From assembly GCA_963788685.1 (NCBI GenBank), contig CAWBHP010000001.1, positions 48,661 to 112,660 of the forward strand: 64,000 nt of DNA, written 5' to 3'. A program made the position numbers and the translations under genes. The notes under the pieces were generated by a model that ran no database searches, had not been told where the DNA came from, and worked only from the letters and a program-made list of their open reading frames with translations. Origin of the DNA: an uncultured Chloroflexia bacterium. GTDB taxonomy: Bacteria; Chloroflexota; Limnocylindria; Limnocylindrales; CSP1-4. Shown piece after piece: positions 21,167 to 31,537 of this stretch. Every line of letters starts with the position of its first letter. The first letter of the stretch is position 1.

Positions 21167-22868
21167 TCAGCCGCGCGTCGCGGTCGCCGCACGCCAGCCC
21201 TCCGCCCGGTCGAGCAGCTCACCCGCGGACGCAAGCGCGGTCGAACCGCCGCCCGACCCGGCCAGCATCTGGGCCAGCTCCGCGATCCGACCATCACGAT
21301 CCAGCGCCGCCACCTCGGTCACGGTCCGGCCGTCACGCTCCCGTTTCGTGATCTGGAAGTGGGCGTCGGCGTGGGCGGCGATCTGCGGCAGGTGGGTCAC
21401 GCACAGCACCTGGTGGCGGCGAGCGAGCGTCCAGAGGCTTCGCCCGATCGGGTCGGCGCTGCGGCCCCCGATGCCGGTGTCGACCTCGTCGAAGACAAGC
21501 GTCGGTGTCTCGTCCGCCGCAGCGAGGACCTGCTTGATCGCCAGGGCGACGCGGCTCATCTCGCCGCCCGAGGCAATCTTCGCGAGCGGGCGCGGCGGCT
21601 CGCCGGAGTTGGGTGCGAGGCGGTACACGACTTCGTCGATGCCCGATCCGTCGAAGGCGACCGCGTCGCCGCCGATCTCGACCGCCGGCTCGTCACGGCC
21701 CGCCGGGCGCCGGCCGAGGACCACCTCGAAGACCTCCGCTGCGAAGCCGAGCTCCTCGAGCACGCTGCCCACCTCGTCGGTCAGGGCGCGGGCAGCCTCC
21801 GTTCGGGCTCGTGAGAGCTCCTCGGCGGCGACGGCCACGGCGACCAGCAATCGCGCCTGCTCCGCCTGTCGTGTTGCCCGCTCCACGTCCAGGGTTCGCG
21901 AGTCGCTCCGCCTCAGCCGCGGCCCGCTCGCCGTGGGCGATGACCGCCGCCTCGTCGTCACCGTAGCGTCGCTCCAGGCCGAAGATGATCGAGAGCCGCT
22001 CCTCGAGCCGCGCCAGCTCGGACGGGTCGTGGTCGACCGCCTCCGACAGCTCGCGAGCGGTCGACGCGACGTCCGCGATGTCCGCCTCGAGCCCCTCGAG
22101 CCGTTCGGCCAGCGGCTCGAAACGCGCGTCCAGCCGGGCGAGGGCCCGGGCCTCGCGCAGGGCGATCGCCACGGATTCCCGGGCGCCGCCGTCTTCCGCG
22201 ATGAGAGCGTCGTGGAGCGTCGACGAGCTTCGGGCGATCGCCTCGCCGTGCTGGGCGGCCTCGAGGCGGCCGCGAATCTCCGCGGCCTCGCCGGGTCGCA
22301 GACCCGCAGCCGCGATCTCGGTCGCCTCGTGCTCGCTCAGCTCGAGCCGCCGGGCAAGCTCGCGCGGGTCGAGTTCGAGCTCGGCGAGGGCCGCCCGGTT
22401 CGCCCGCCAGCGATCGACGGCTTCGGCCATGGCGCCGCGCAGCGCGGCGTGGCCACCGAACGCGTCGAGCAGGTCGCGTTGCCAGCGCTCGTCGAGCAGC
22501 CGCTGCTGATCGTGCTGGCCGTGGATCTCGACCAGCGCCCCCGCAACGTCCGCCAGACGCGCCGCGGTCACCGGCTCGTCGTCGAGCCGGGCAGTCGATC
22601 GGCCGCTGACCGCGACTTCCCGGACGGCGATCAGCGGCTCCGGGACGCGGTCGAAGAGCGCCGTGACCCGGGCCGTCTCCGCCCCGTGCCGGACGAGCGT
22701 CGTGTCGGCCCGGGCACCCGTCGCCAGTCCCAGGGCGTCGATGAGGAGGCTCTTGCCCGCGCCCGTCTCGCCGGTGAAGACGTTCAGGCCGGGAGCGAGC
22801 TCGAGGCGCAGCCGCTCGATCAGGGCGAGGTCGGCGACGGAGATCTCGAGGAGCCGGCCGGCGCTCAC
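21167..22868 (-). CDS. recN: DNA repair protein RecN, frameshifted
   Basis: TGETGAGKS, EIHGQHD, ASGGEMSR, VFDEVDTG, VTHLPQ. Confidence 0.95.
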
Positions 22869-23710
22869 GATGGCAACAGTTCGACCTTGTGCCGGAACAG
22901 ATCCCAGAACGGTTGGGCCCCCTTCGGCTCGACGAGGCGGATCGGGCGGTCGAGCGCCCTGACCTCGACGACGTCACCGACGGCGATCGGGATGTCCTCG
23001 CGGCCGTCGATGCTGACGAGCGCCTCGTGGGCGTCGACGACGCGGCAGCGCACGATCTGCTTCGGGCCCACGACGACCGATCGGATCGCGGACAGGTACC
23101 CAGCGATCGGGGTCACGATGAGGTTCCGGCTCAGCGGGTCGACGACCGGGCCGCCTGCGCTGAACGAATAGCCCGTCGAACCGGTCGGGCTGGACACGAC
23201 GAGGCCGTCGGCGATGAACGTCGCCAGGTGCGACGGCCCGATCGCGACATCGAGGCGGCAGACGCGGGCGAGCGCACCACGGGCGACGACGACGTCATTG
23301 AGGGCGTGGTGCGGCGGCCCGGTCGCCTCGCGGCCGGCGGGCAGGATCCGGGCCTGCAGCGCCATCCGCTCGTCGATCGTGTACTCGCCCGCGACGAGCT
23401 TCCCAAGGACGGCCTCGAGCTCCGTCGCCTCCGCCTTCGACAAGAAGCCGACCTTGCCGAGGTTGATTCCGAGCAGCGGCACGTCGACCTCGATGACGGC
23501 CCGGGCCGCTCGCAGGAACGTGCCGTCACCGCCAAGGACGACGAGGATATCGGTGGTCTTCAGCTGGCTGACGACCGCATCGAAATCCTGGGCCTGGGCG
23601 GCCCAGTGGTCGATGCCGCGCATCGTGCACCAGCCCGCGGCCCGTTCGCGGACCTCGACCGCGGCCTCGTTCGTCGGGTTGTAGGCGAAGCCGATCCGAG
23701 CGACGCTCAT
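22865..23710 (-). CDS. nadK: NAD+ kinase
   Basis: LGGDGTFL, LND, DGLVVSSPTGSTGYSFSAGGP. Confidence 0.96.
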   Translation of the reverse strand: MSVARIGFAYNPTNEAAVEVRERAAGWCTMRGIDHWAAQAQDFDAVVSQLKTTDILVVLGGDGTFLRAARAVIEVDVPLLGINLGKVGFLSKAEATELEAVLGKLVAGEYTIDERMALQARILPAGREATGPPHHALNDVVVARGALARVCRLDVAIGPSHLATFIADGLVVSSPTGSTGYSFSAGGPVVDPLSRNLIVTPIAGYLSAIRSVVVGPKQIVRCRVVDAHEALVSIDGREDIPIAVGDVVEVRALDRPIRLVEPKGAQPFWDLFRHKVELLPS

Positions 23711-24531
23711 GCCGCGGTTACCTCGCGGATCAGGTCGTCAATCTCGGCACAGGAAGGGCCTGACTGGAAGTGGACAAGGAATTCGCGATTGCCCTCCGGC
23801 CCGAGGATCGGCGAGGCGATCACGGCGCGAGCGCCCAGGCCCAGCCTCCCGGCGACCGCAACGACCCGCTCGAGCACCTCTCGGTGGACCGCCGGGTCCC
23901 TGACGACGCCGTGGTCCGTCCTGCCCCGGCCGGCCTCGAACTGCGGCTTGACGAGAGCGACGATCGGAGCATCGGCGCCGGGTTGGAGCGTCGACGCGAC
24001 CGGTCCCAGGACCAGCGCGAGCGAGATGAACGAGACGTCGATGACGGCGAGGCTCACCGGTTCCGGCAACGAGTCCGGACCGAGTGTTCGGGCGTTCGTG
24101 CGCTCCATCGAAACGACCCGCTCGTCGCGGCGCAGCGTTTCGGCTAGCTGGCCCCGACCGACATCGACGGCGTACACCCGACGCGCGCCGCGCTGAAGGA
24201 GCACATCCGTGAAGCCACCGGTCGATGCCCCGGCGTCCAGGCAGACGCGACCGGCCGGGTCGATCCCGAAGGCGTCCAGCGCCGCCACGAGCTTGTGGCC
24301 GCCTCGACTGACATAGGGGTCCCGTTCCGTGAGCGCCAGCGGCGTCGTTGCGTCGACGAGGTCGCCCGCCTTGCGGTCGAGGCGTGCCCCGTCGCCCTCC
24401 CCCACCCTGACCCGACCAGCGAGCACGAGCGCCTGGGCCTTCGCCCTGGTGTCGGCAAGGCCCCGCTCTACGATGAGCTGGTCCAGGCGCTGCCGGGCCG
24501 GCTTTTGGGGCGGCGTGGAGGTCGGGCTCAC
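23707..24531 (-). CDS. tlyA: TlyA family rRNA 2'-O-methyltransferase
   Basis: YVSRGGHKL, DAGASTGGFTD, DVSFISL, LVKPQFE, GPEGNREF. Confidence 0.95.
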   Translation of the reverse strand: MSPTSTPPQKPARQRLDQLIVERGLADTRAKAQALVLAGRVRVGEGDGARLDRKAGDLVDATTPLALTERDPYVSRGGHKLVAALDAFGIDPAGRVCLDAGASTGGFTDVLLQRGARRVYAVDVGRGQLAETLRRDERVVSMERTNARTLGPDSLPEPVSLAVIDVSFISLALVLGPVASTLQPGADAPIVALVKPQFEAGRGRTDHGVVRDPAVHREVLERVVAVAGRLGLGARAVIASPILGPEGNREFLVHFQSGPSCAEIDDLIREVTAA

Positions 24532-24581
24532 CCGACTATCGTGGCACAGCCCGCTTCACCGCGGCTCACCGAGTGTTGCCG

Positions 24582-26624
24582 CTACCCCGCGGCCACGGGC
24601 CGGATCGGAGGAGCCCCCGGCGCCGCGACTCCGAGCGACGCGAGAGTCTCGCGAACCTGGGCCGCGAGGCCGGCCGCGTCGAGCCGAAGCATTCGTCGCA
24701 GGTCGGAAACGGAGCCGTGATCGACGAACCGGCCCCCTGGGATGCCGATGATCCTGACCCGCACGTCGCGCAGGGCGTCGTCCGTCAGTCGGGCTTCCTC
24801 GATCGCCTCGAGGATCCCGGAGCCGAAGCCGCCCGTCTCGACGCTCTCCTCGAAGGTCACGACGAGCTTCTTGCCGCGCGCCTGGTCCAGGATGAGGTCG
24901 CGATCGAGCGGCTTTGCAAAACGAGCGTTGATCACGCCGATCGACCAGCCGTCGAAGGCTGAGCGCATCGGCTGCTTCGATGGCGCGGGCGACGATCGGG
25001 CCGAACCCGACGAAGAGCAGGTCACTCCCTTCCCGCAGGACCTCGCCGCGCCCGATCGGCAGGATCTCCGGTTCGACCGCTGCCAGGCCGAACCCCGGGT
25101 CGCGCGGATAGTGGAGGGCGAACGGGTGGTCCTGGGCGAGCGCCGTCCGGAGGAGCGACCGCAGTTCCTGCTCGTCCTTCGGCGACGCGATGACGAGATT
25201 CGGAAGCTGCCGCTGGGCGGGGATCGTGAACATGCCCTGGTGGCTCGTCCCGTCCTCCCCGACCAGCCCCGCGCGATCGACCGCGAGCAGGACCGGCTGG
25301 TCGTTCTGGCACACGTCGTGAACCGTCTGGTCGAACGCTCGTTGAAGGAACGTCGAGTAGAGCGCAACGACGGGCCGCATCCCGCCCATCGCCAGGCCGG
25401 TTGCCAGCGCCATCGAATGCTGCTCGGCGATCCCGACGTCGACGAACCGCTCCGGGTAGGCCGCCTGGAACTTCGACATACCGGTCCCGGTCGGCATGCC
25501 CGGCGGTGATCCCGACGATCCGGCGGTCGGTCCGGGCAAGCTCGATCAGCTCGGCCGCGAAGACTGCCGTGTAGTTCGGCGTGCTTGTTCGGCGTCGGGA
25601 CGGCGGTCGGCGGGGCGGCGTCGTCGGCCATCGACTCGGTCGGCATCGCCCGGCTCGCGGGCGCGATGGCGGCAGGTTCGGCGGCGCCGTTGCCGTTGTT
25701 CGATGGTGGGACGGCCATCGGCGGCAGCGCAGCGCCGTGGAACCCGACCTGGTCGGTTTCGGCCGGCGTGAACCCATGGCCCTTCTGGGTCCGGACATGG
25801 ACGATGACCGGGCCCTTCAGCTCGAGCGCCTGGCTGAATGTCGAGAGCAGGGCCCGGATGTCGTGACCCGGCACGAGCCCGATGTACGTGATGCCGAGGT
25901 CTTCGAACAGCTGGCCCGGCTGGACGAAATTGACGACCGACGCACGGAGGCGCTGGCTCAGCTCGCGAACCGTCGGCCCGATCACGGGGATCCGGCCGAC
26001 GAGCTCGTCGTACGCGGTCTTGCTCGACTGCCAGGTCCCCGACAGCTTGATCTGGCTGAGGTACTTCGACAGGCCGCCGACGGTGGGGCTGATCGACATC
26101 TCGTTGTCGTTGAGGACGATGAGCAGCTGGGTCTTGCGCTGGCCGATGTCGTTGAGCGCCTCGAGGCTGAGGCCGCTCGTGATCGCCGCGTCACCGACGA
26201 CGACGGCGATCCGTTCGAGGCCGTGACGCAGGTCGCGGGCGGTCGCAAGCCCCTGGCCGATCGACAGCCCGGTGCCGGCATGGCCGCCGTCGAAGACGTC
26301 GTGCTCCGACTCGGAGCGCCGCGGGAAGCCGCCCACGCCGCCGACGGACCGCAGCGTCCCGAACCGCTCGAAGCGGCCGGTCAGCAGCTTGTGCGGGTAG
26401 GCCTGGTGGCCGGTGTCCCAGACGATCCGGTCGCGCGGCGACTCCAGGAGGCGATGGAGCGCGATCGTCATCTCGACGACCCCGAGCGAGCTGCCGAGGT
26501 GGCCGCCGGTCGTGGCGACGGTCGCGATGATCGTCTCGCGGATCTCGGCGGCGAGCTGCTCGAGCTGAGCCTGGGTCAGGCCGCGAAGGTCGGCCGGACC
26601 GTGGAGCGTCGGGAGGATCGGCAC
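24582..26624 (-). CDS. dxs: 1-deoxy-D-xylulose-5-phosphate synthase, frameshifted
   Basis: GGHLGSSLG, WDTGHQAYPHK, GD..ITSGL..EALN, LNDNEMSI, DVGIAEQH, DRAGLVGEDGTSHQG. Confidence 0.96.
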   Translation of the reverse strand: MPILPTLHGPADLRGLTQAQLEQLAAEIRETIIATVATTGGHLGSSLGVVEMTIALHRLLESPRDRIVWDTGHQAYPHKLLTGRFERFGTLRSVGGVGGFPRRSESEHDVFDGGHAGTGLSIGQGLATARDLRHGLERIAVVVGDAAITSGLSLEALNDIGQRKTQLLIVLNDNEMSISPTVGGLSKYLSQIKLSGTWQSSKTAYDELVGRIPVIGPTVRELSQRLRASVVNFVQPGQLFEDLGITYIGLVPGHDIRALLSTFSQALELKGPVIVHVRTQKGHGFTPAETDQVGFHGAALPPMAVPPSNNGNGAAEPAAIAPASRAMPTESMADDAAPPTAVPTPNKHAELHGSLRGRADRACPDRPPDRRDHRRACRPGPVCRSSRRPTRSGSSTSGSPSSIRWRWQPAWRWAGCGPSLRSTRRSFNERSTRRFTTCARTTSRSCSRSIARGWSGRTGRATRACSRSPPSGSFRISSSRRRRTSRNCGRSSGRRSPRTTRSPSTIRATRGSAWQRSNRRSCRSGAARSCGKGVTCSSSGSARSSPAPSKQPMRSAFDGWSIGVINARFAKPLDRDLILDQARGKKLVVTFEESVETGGFGSGILEAIEEARLTDDALRDVRVRIIGIPGGRFVDHGSVSDLRRMLRLDAAGLAAQVRETLASLGVAAPGAPPIRPVAAG

Positions 26625-26702
26625 GCGGGGCTTGCTCCTGAGGTTTGGTCAGTTCTGTCCACGGCATATTGACACTGATCGGGAACGATGCATCGTGGCG
26701 GG

Positions 26703-28085
26703 GTGACGAACGTGCATGCGCTGCGTGGTCTGGAGCGGATCACGGGGACGGTCATCGGGCCGGATCATGACGGCTACGACGCTGCGCGACAGACCTTCAA
26801 CGGGACAATCGATCGGCGACCGGCGACGATCGTTCAATGTCGCTCGACGGCGGACGTGGTCGCGGCCGTCCAGGCCGCGCGCAGCGCGGGGCTCCCGATC
26901 GCGATCCGTGGCGGCGGCCACTCTGTCGCCGGCCATGCGGTTGCCGACGGCGCGCTCGTCGTGGACCTGCGCGAGATGCGCCGCGTGGAGGTCGATCCCG
27001 AGCGCCGGATCGCGCGCGCCCAGGGCGGGGCGCTGTGGGAGGACGTGGACCTCGCAACCACCGCGCATGGCCTCGCGACCACGGGTGGGACGTTCGGCGA
27101 CACGGGGATCGGCGGGCTGACGCTCACCGGTGGGATCGGCTTCCTCATGGGAACGTTCGGGCTGACCTGTGACAACCTGGTCCGGGCCGAGGTCGTCACC
27201 GCCGATGGGTCGGTCGTCATCGCGGGCGAGGACGGCGACCCTGAGCTGCTCTGGGCACTCCGCGGCGGCGGCGGCAACTTCGGTGTCGTCACGGAGTTCG
27301 AGTTCGCCGTTCATCCGCTTGGGCCGATCCAGTCGGGCGACATCACCGTCCCGCTCGAGCACGCCAGGACGGGGCTGGCGGCCGTTGCCGATCTCGCACG
27401 GCAGGCTCCGCCCGAGCTCGTGCTGTTCGTGGGCGGCCCGACGTTCGAAAAGGTCGATGGCATCGAGCCCGATCCGGCGACTGCCCCGCCGGTGTTCCGA
27501 ATCACCGTCATCTACCAGGGAACGAATGAGGCCGCGGAGCGTGCGATCCGGTCTCTGCGCGCCGTTCCAGGGGCGTCGGGTGACATCAACCCGAGCACCT
27601 ACCTCGAGATCCAGGCAAGCAGCGGGATCCTGCCGTTCGGCCTGCGGCATTACTGGAAGGGCCACTTCGTTCGGGACCTGGACGCGGCTGCGATCGATGC
27701 GGTGGCAACTGCCTTCGAGACGAGCCCGCCCGGCATGTCGTTCATGCTCCTCGAGGCGATCACGGGGCGTGCCCGATCCGAGCCCGCCGGCGGTGCGGCG
27801 TTCGGGCAGCGTGAGGCGCGCTGGAACGTCTCCGCGATCGCCATCTGGGAGGATCCGTCAGAAGACAGCTCGATGATCGCCTGGGCGCGGCAGGTCGTGG
27901 ACTCACTCGGACCGTCGTCGTTCAGCGGCGCCGGTTACGGCAACTACGCGATGGACGAACCGGCGGATCGGGTCCGCGCGGCCTTCGGGCCGGAGCGGTT
28001 CGACCGACTGGCAAAGGTCAAGCGCCGCTACGACCCCGACAACTTGTTCCGCTTCAACCACAACATCCCGCCGGCGGCCGAATAG
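26703..28085 (+). CDS. FAD-binding oxidoreductase (berberine-bridge / 6-hydroxy-D-nicotine oxidase-like)
   Basis: IRGGGHS, LTLTGGIG, WALRGGGGNFGVVT, RLAKVKRRYDPDNLF; start codon uncertain. Confidence 0.9.
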   Translation: MTNVHALRGLERITGTVIGPDHDGYDAARQTFNGTIDRRPATIVQCRSTADVVAAVQAARSAGLPIAIRGGGHSVAGHAVADGALVVDLREMRRVEVDPERRIARAQGGALWEDVDLATTAHGLATTGGTFGDTGIGGLTLTGGIGFLMGTFGLTCDNLVRAEVVTADGSVVIAGEDGDPELLWALRGGGGNFGVVTEFEFAVHPLGPIQSGDITVPLEHARTGLAAVADLARQAPPELVLFVGGPTFEKVDGIEPDPATAPPVFRITVIYQGTNEAAERAIRSLRAVPGASGDINPSTYLEIQASSGILPFGLRHYWKGHFVRDLDAAAIDAVATAFETSPPGMSFMLLEAITGRARSEPAGGAAFGQREARWNVSAIAIWEDPSEDSSMIAWARQVVDSLGPSSFSGAGYGNYAMDEPADRVRAAFGPERFDRLAKVKRRYDPDNLFRFNHNIPPAAE

Positions 28086-28119
28086 GCGTCCCGCCGGCTA
28101 GCGGGTCAATCCGACCCGG

Positions 28120-28641
28120 CTAGGAACACGCGAAGAGCCTTGTAACGGCGGCGATCCACGCGAACACGCCAATCGCTCCGACGACGACCAGCACGACGAT
28201 GTCGCGCCGAGGTTGATACTCGATCGAGGCCTCGCGCCCAATCCAAGCGCCGACGATCGCCGCGATTCCGGCGATGACCAGGAACCAGCCCGCGATGGCG
28301 GCCAGAGCCACCGCGGCCCAAATGTTCGCTGAACATGAGCCATCGACGACGAAGATCGCGGCGATCGGACCCGCTACCGCTCCTGCCGTGATTGCGACCA
28401 CCGCATCGCGCCTACGCAACACGGAACCGGCGAAGCCCGGGATGATGATCACCGGAGCCATGAGGATCAGAGCACTCGGATCGAAGAGGGGCAGGTCGAC
28501 ATCGAGGAAGGTCCCGATGAGAGCGAGACCAGCCGCGATCCCGGCGGCACCGAAGCCGGCGAGCATGCCGACGGCGATTCGCCCGCCGCGACTCGGGGTC
28601 GACGGCCCAGCGTCCGACGGGTGAGTGGGGTCCTCGCTCAT
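28120..28641 (-). CDS. Hypothetical multi-pass membrane protein
   Basis: About five hydrophobic segments; lies directly downstream of xseB. Confidence 0.6.
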   Translation of the reverse strand: MSEDPTHPSDAGPSTPSRGGRIAVGMLAGFGAAGIAAGLALIGTFLDVDLPLFDPSALILMAPVIIIPGFAGSVLRRRDAVVAITAGAVAGPIAAIFVVDGSCSANIWAAVALAAIAGWFLVIAGIAAIVGAWIGREASIEYQPRRDIVVLVVVGAIGVFAWIAAVTRLFACS

Positions 28642-28648
28642 CAGGTGG

Positions 28649-28930
28649 CTAGGTCCCGTCGGCGGCCTCGTCCACACTGGGCAGGTCGCGCGCCTCGAGG
28701 CCGCCGCCCGGCCGCGTCAGCAGCTGCTTGACCCTGAGCTCCGCGTCGTTGAGGAGCCGCTCGCAGTGCCGCTGGAGGGCGACCGCGCGTTCGGTCCGGG
28801 CGATCGTCTCCTCGAGCGCGAGCCCACCGGCCTCCAGCTCCTCGATCGCCTGCCGGAGCTCGGTGAAGGCGGCATCGAACGGAAGTGCGGCGATCTGGGC
28901 GTCGATCGTGTCAGCCTGGTCGGTCGTCAC
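28649..28930 (-). CDS. xseB: Exodeoxyribonuclease VII small subunit
   Basis: FDAAFTEL..AIEELE.G.LALEE...CERLLNDAELRV. Confidence 0.88.
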   Translation of the reverse strand: MTTDQADTIDAQIAALPFDAAFTELRQAIEELEAGGLALEETIARTERAVALQRHCERLLNDAELRVKQLLTRPGGGLEARDLPSVDEAADGT

Positions 28931-29081
28931 GCGGCTCCTCGTCGGGCTCAAGTTCGTCGCTTTCGTCGCGCTCATCGCGCTCCGTCCAGCGGGTGAGCCG
29001 GGGTGCGACGAGCATACCAAGGCCGATCCCCACGACGGCCACGAACGCGACCAGCACGATGAACGCGACGAGTTCCGTCAC
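28911..29081 (-). CDS. Small single-pass membrane protein (56 aa) with acidic tail
   Basis: GTG overlaps the xseA stop (GTGA); MTELVAFIVLVAFVAVVGIGLGMLVAPRL...DERDESDELEPDEE. Confidence 0.6.
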   Translation of the reverse strand: MTELVAFIVLVAFVAVVGIGLGMLVAPRLTRWTERDERDESDELEPDEEPRDDRPG

Positions 29082-30471
29082 CCGGGCGTGTCGACCGTCG
29101 CGCCAATCTCGCCCTCGGCCACGCGAAGCGTGAGCGGCGTGGCGGGCGGCGCCTCGCCCGGGGAGCGGACGATCGCGCCATCTGCCGTGCGTCGAACGAT
29201 CGCGTAGCCGCGTTCGAGCGTCCGCTGCGGATCGAGGACGGCGAGGGCAGCGGTGGCGGCGTCGAGATCGGAGCGCGCCCGGCGCAGTGCGTGCCGTGGC
29301 GAGCTGGGGCAGGGCGGCGGCGACCGTGTCGAGGGCAACCCGACGCCGACCGAGCGCTCCGTCGACCGCCCGGACGCCCCGGTCCAGCAACAGCCCGACC
29401 CGTTCGCGCGACGCCGCGAGCTGGGCCAGCGGGTCGAGCCTGGCGAGGGCCCGCCGCTCCGCGTCGAGGTCGCGGCGGAGGGTCGCCGAGGTGCCCGCCC
29501 GCCGCCGACGCGATCCGCTCGCTCGCCCGTCGGAACGCCTTCTCCCACTCGCCCCGGTCCGGCACAACGAGCTCCGCGGCCGCGGACGGCGTCGGCGCGC
29601 GGACGTCCGCGGCGAAGTCGGCGAGCGTGACGTCGACCTCATGGCCGACGCCGCAGACCACGGGCACGCTGTGGGCGACGACGGCCCGGACGACTCGCTC
29701 GTCGTTGAACGACCACAGGTCCTCGAGACTGCCGCCGCCGCGGGCCAGGATCGTCACCTGCGGAGCGTCCTCGGGCCGCCCTTCGCGCCGGCTCTGCTCG
29801 ATCCAGCGCTCCAGTCGGCGGAACGCGGCGACGATGCTCGCCGGCGCCTCATCGCCCTGGACCTTGCAGGCGACGAGCACGACCTGGGTCAGCGGCCAGC
29901 GGCGCGCGAGCACGTGGCCGATGTCGCGCCAGACGACTCCTGTCGGGCTGGTGATGACGGCGATCGTCGTCGGGCGAGGCGGGAGGGGGCGCTTCCTGGC
30001 GGTGTCGAACAGGCCCTCCTGGGTCAGGCGCGCCTTGAGCGCCTCGAAGCGCAGCGTCAGGTCGCCGAAGCCCGCCGGCTGGATCAATTCGACGTAGAGC
30101 TGGAGCGCTCCCTGCGGCTCGAACAGGTCGACCCGGCCATGGGCGACGATGCGGAGCCCGGCCTGGGGCTGGAACGCCGACCGGACGCGCTCGTCGCGGA
30201 ACCAGACGCACTGGAGGGCGTTGCGCTCGTCCTTGAGCGTGAAATAGGCGTGCCCGGCCGAGCTGACGGTCACCCGGCCGACTTCGCCCTCGACCCAGAC
30301 GTCGCGGAGCCCCTCGTGCGCCCGGATCGCGTCGCGAACGGCCTTGGTGACCTCGCTGACTCCCAGGATCCGGAGCCCGAACGTCCCGGGCGGGGCCGGT
30401 ACGGGGCCCGCCGCGTCGATCGTGTCGTCCCAGGGTGGAAGGAGCCCCTCGGGTCGCTCAGAACCGCTCAT
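29078..30471 (-). CDS. xseA: Exodeoxyribonuclease VII large subunit, frameshifted
   Basis: VWVEGEV, GHAYFTLKD, ARGGGSLEDLWSFNDE, GVGHEVD, RAPTPSAAAE, LERGYAIV. Confidence 0.95.
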
Positions 30472-30504
30472 CCGCACATCATCGCCGGTCCATGAGTAGT
30501 CGCG

Positions 30505-30668
30505 TGGTCCGGCTGGCGGACCAACGGGCGGAGGAGCGTGCGAATTTGGGGCCCTGAGCACCCGTCGTCCGCCGCTTGGTCCGGCTGGCGGACCAATTCG
30601 CGGAGGAGCGCCCCGGTTGGAGGCCAGTGGAGACCTCCGTTCGCCGCTTGGTCCGGCTGGCGGACCAA
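30505..30668. repeat. Array of three palindromic REP-like units with a 72-bp period
   Basis: TGGTCCGGCTGGCGGACCAA at 30505, 30577 and 30649. Confidence 0.9.
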
Positions 30669-30685
30669 GACTCGAGGTTTCGCGC

Positions 30686-31243
30686 TCAGACCCGGGTCTG
30701 GTACTCCCCTGTCCGGGTGTCGACCCGGATCGTGTCGCCTTCGTTGACGAAGATCGGGACGGTCACGACCAGCCCCGTTTCGGTCGTCGCCGGCTTGCGG
30801 GCACCGCTCTGGGTGTCTCCGGCGAAGCCCGGCTCGGTCTCGGTCACCTGGAGGTCGACGGTCACCGGCAGCTCGACGCCGATCGTCTCGCCCTGGTAGC
30901 TCGTCCGATCGAGCGTCATCCCGTCCTTCATGTACTGGGCTGCCTCACCGAGCTGGGCCGACGACAGCACGAACTGGTCATACGTGTCGTTGTCCATGAA
31001 GTGGAAGTCGTCGGCGTCGCGGTAGAGGAACTGGACCGGGCGCTTCTCCATCGAGGCGCGCGGCCACTTCGTCCCGGCCTGGAACGACCGCTCGACCGTC
31101 TGGCCGCGCTTGATGTTGCGGAGCGTGATCCGCACCTGGGCCGAGCCCCGGCCCATCTTGATGTGGTGGTAGTCGAGGATCTGCCAGAGCTCGCCGTCGA
31201 GCTCGATGGCCACACCCTTGCGCAATTCGCCTGTGCTGATCAT
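30686..31243 (-). CDS. efp: Elongation factor P
   Basis: ISTGELRKG, QFLY, FMDNDTYDQ, TEPGFAGDT, ETGLVVTVPIFVNEGD..RVDTRTGEY..R. Confidence 0.97.
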   Translation of the reverse strand: MISTGELRKGVAIELDGELWQILDYHHIKMGRGSAQVRITLRNIKRGQTVERSFQAGTKWPRASMEKRPVQFLYRDADDFHFMDNDTYDQFVLSSAQLGEAAQYMKDGMTLDRTSYQGETIGVELPVTVDLQVTETEPGFAGDTQSGARKPATTETGLVVTVPIFVNEGDTIRVDTRTGEYQTRV

Positions 31244-31537
31244 GTCGGTGGTGGGCTCCTGGATCGACGCCGATGGTCGCGGAGCCGCCGATTGTAGCCG
31301 ACGGGCGCCGCGGCGAAGGGCGACACGGAGCGATCTGCCCACCGACGCCTGACCCTCGGAATCGTCGGGTCAACATCCGGTGCGCCGAGGCAACGCGGGC
31401 GGGGCGATCCCGTCGTGTGGACTTGGCAGGGCATCGACAGGACGGCGATACTTCGCGTTCCACGGGGGATGTTGTCGGCGGCTTGCGTCCATCCGCCGAC
31501 GGGGAGGGCCGGGCGCCAGTGCATGGAGGAGCACCGA

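Noticed and set aside
30505-30668. Bona fide CRISPR array
   Set aside because: Only three units, no cas genes or AT-rich leader, and the same core recurs at 54318-54491 with conserved linkers; kept as a repeat.
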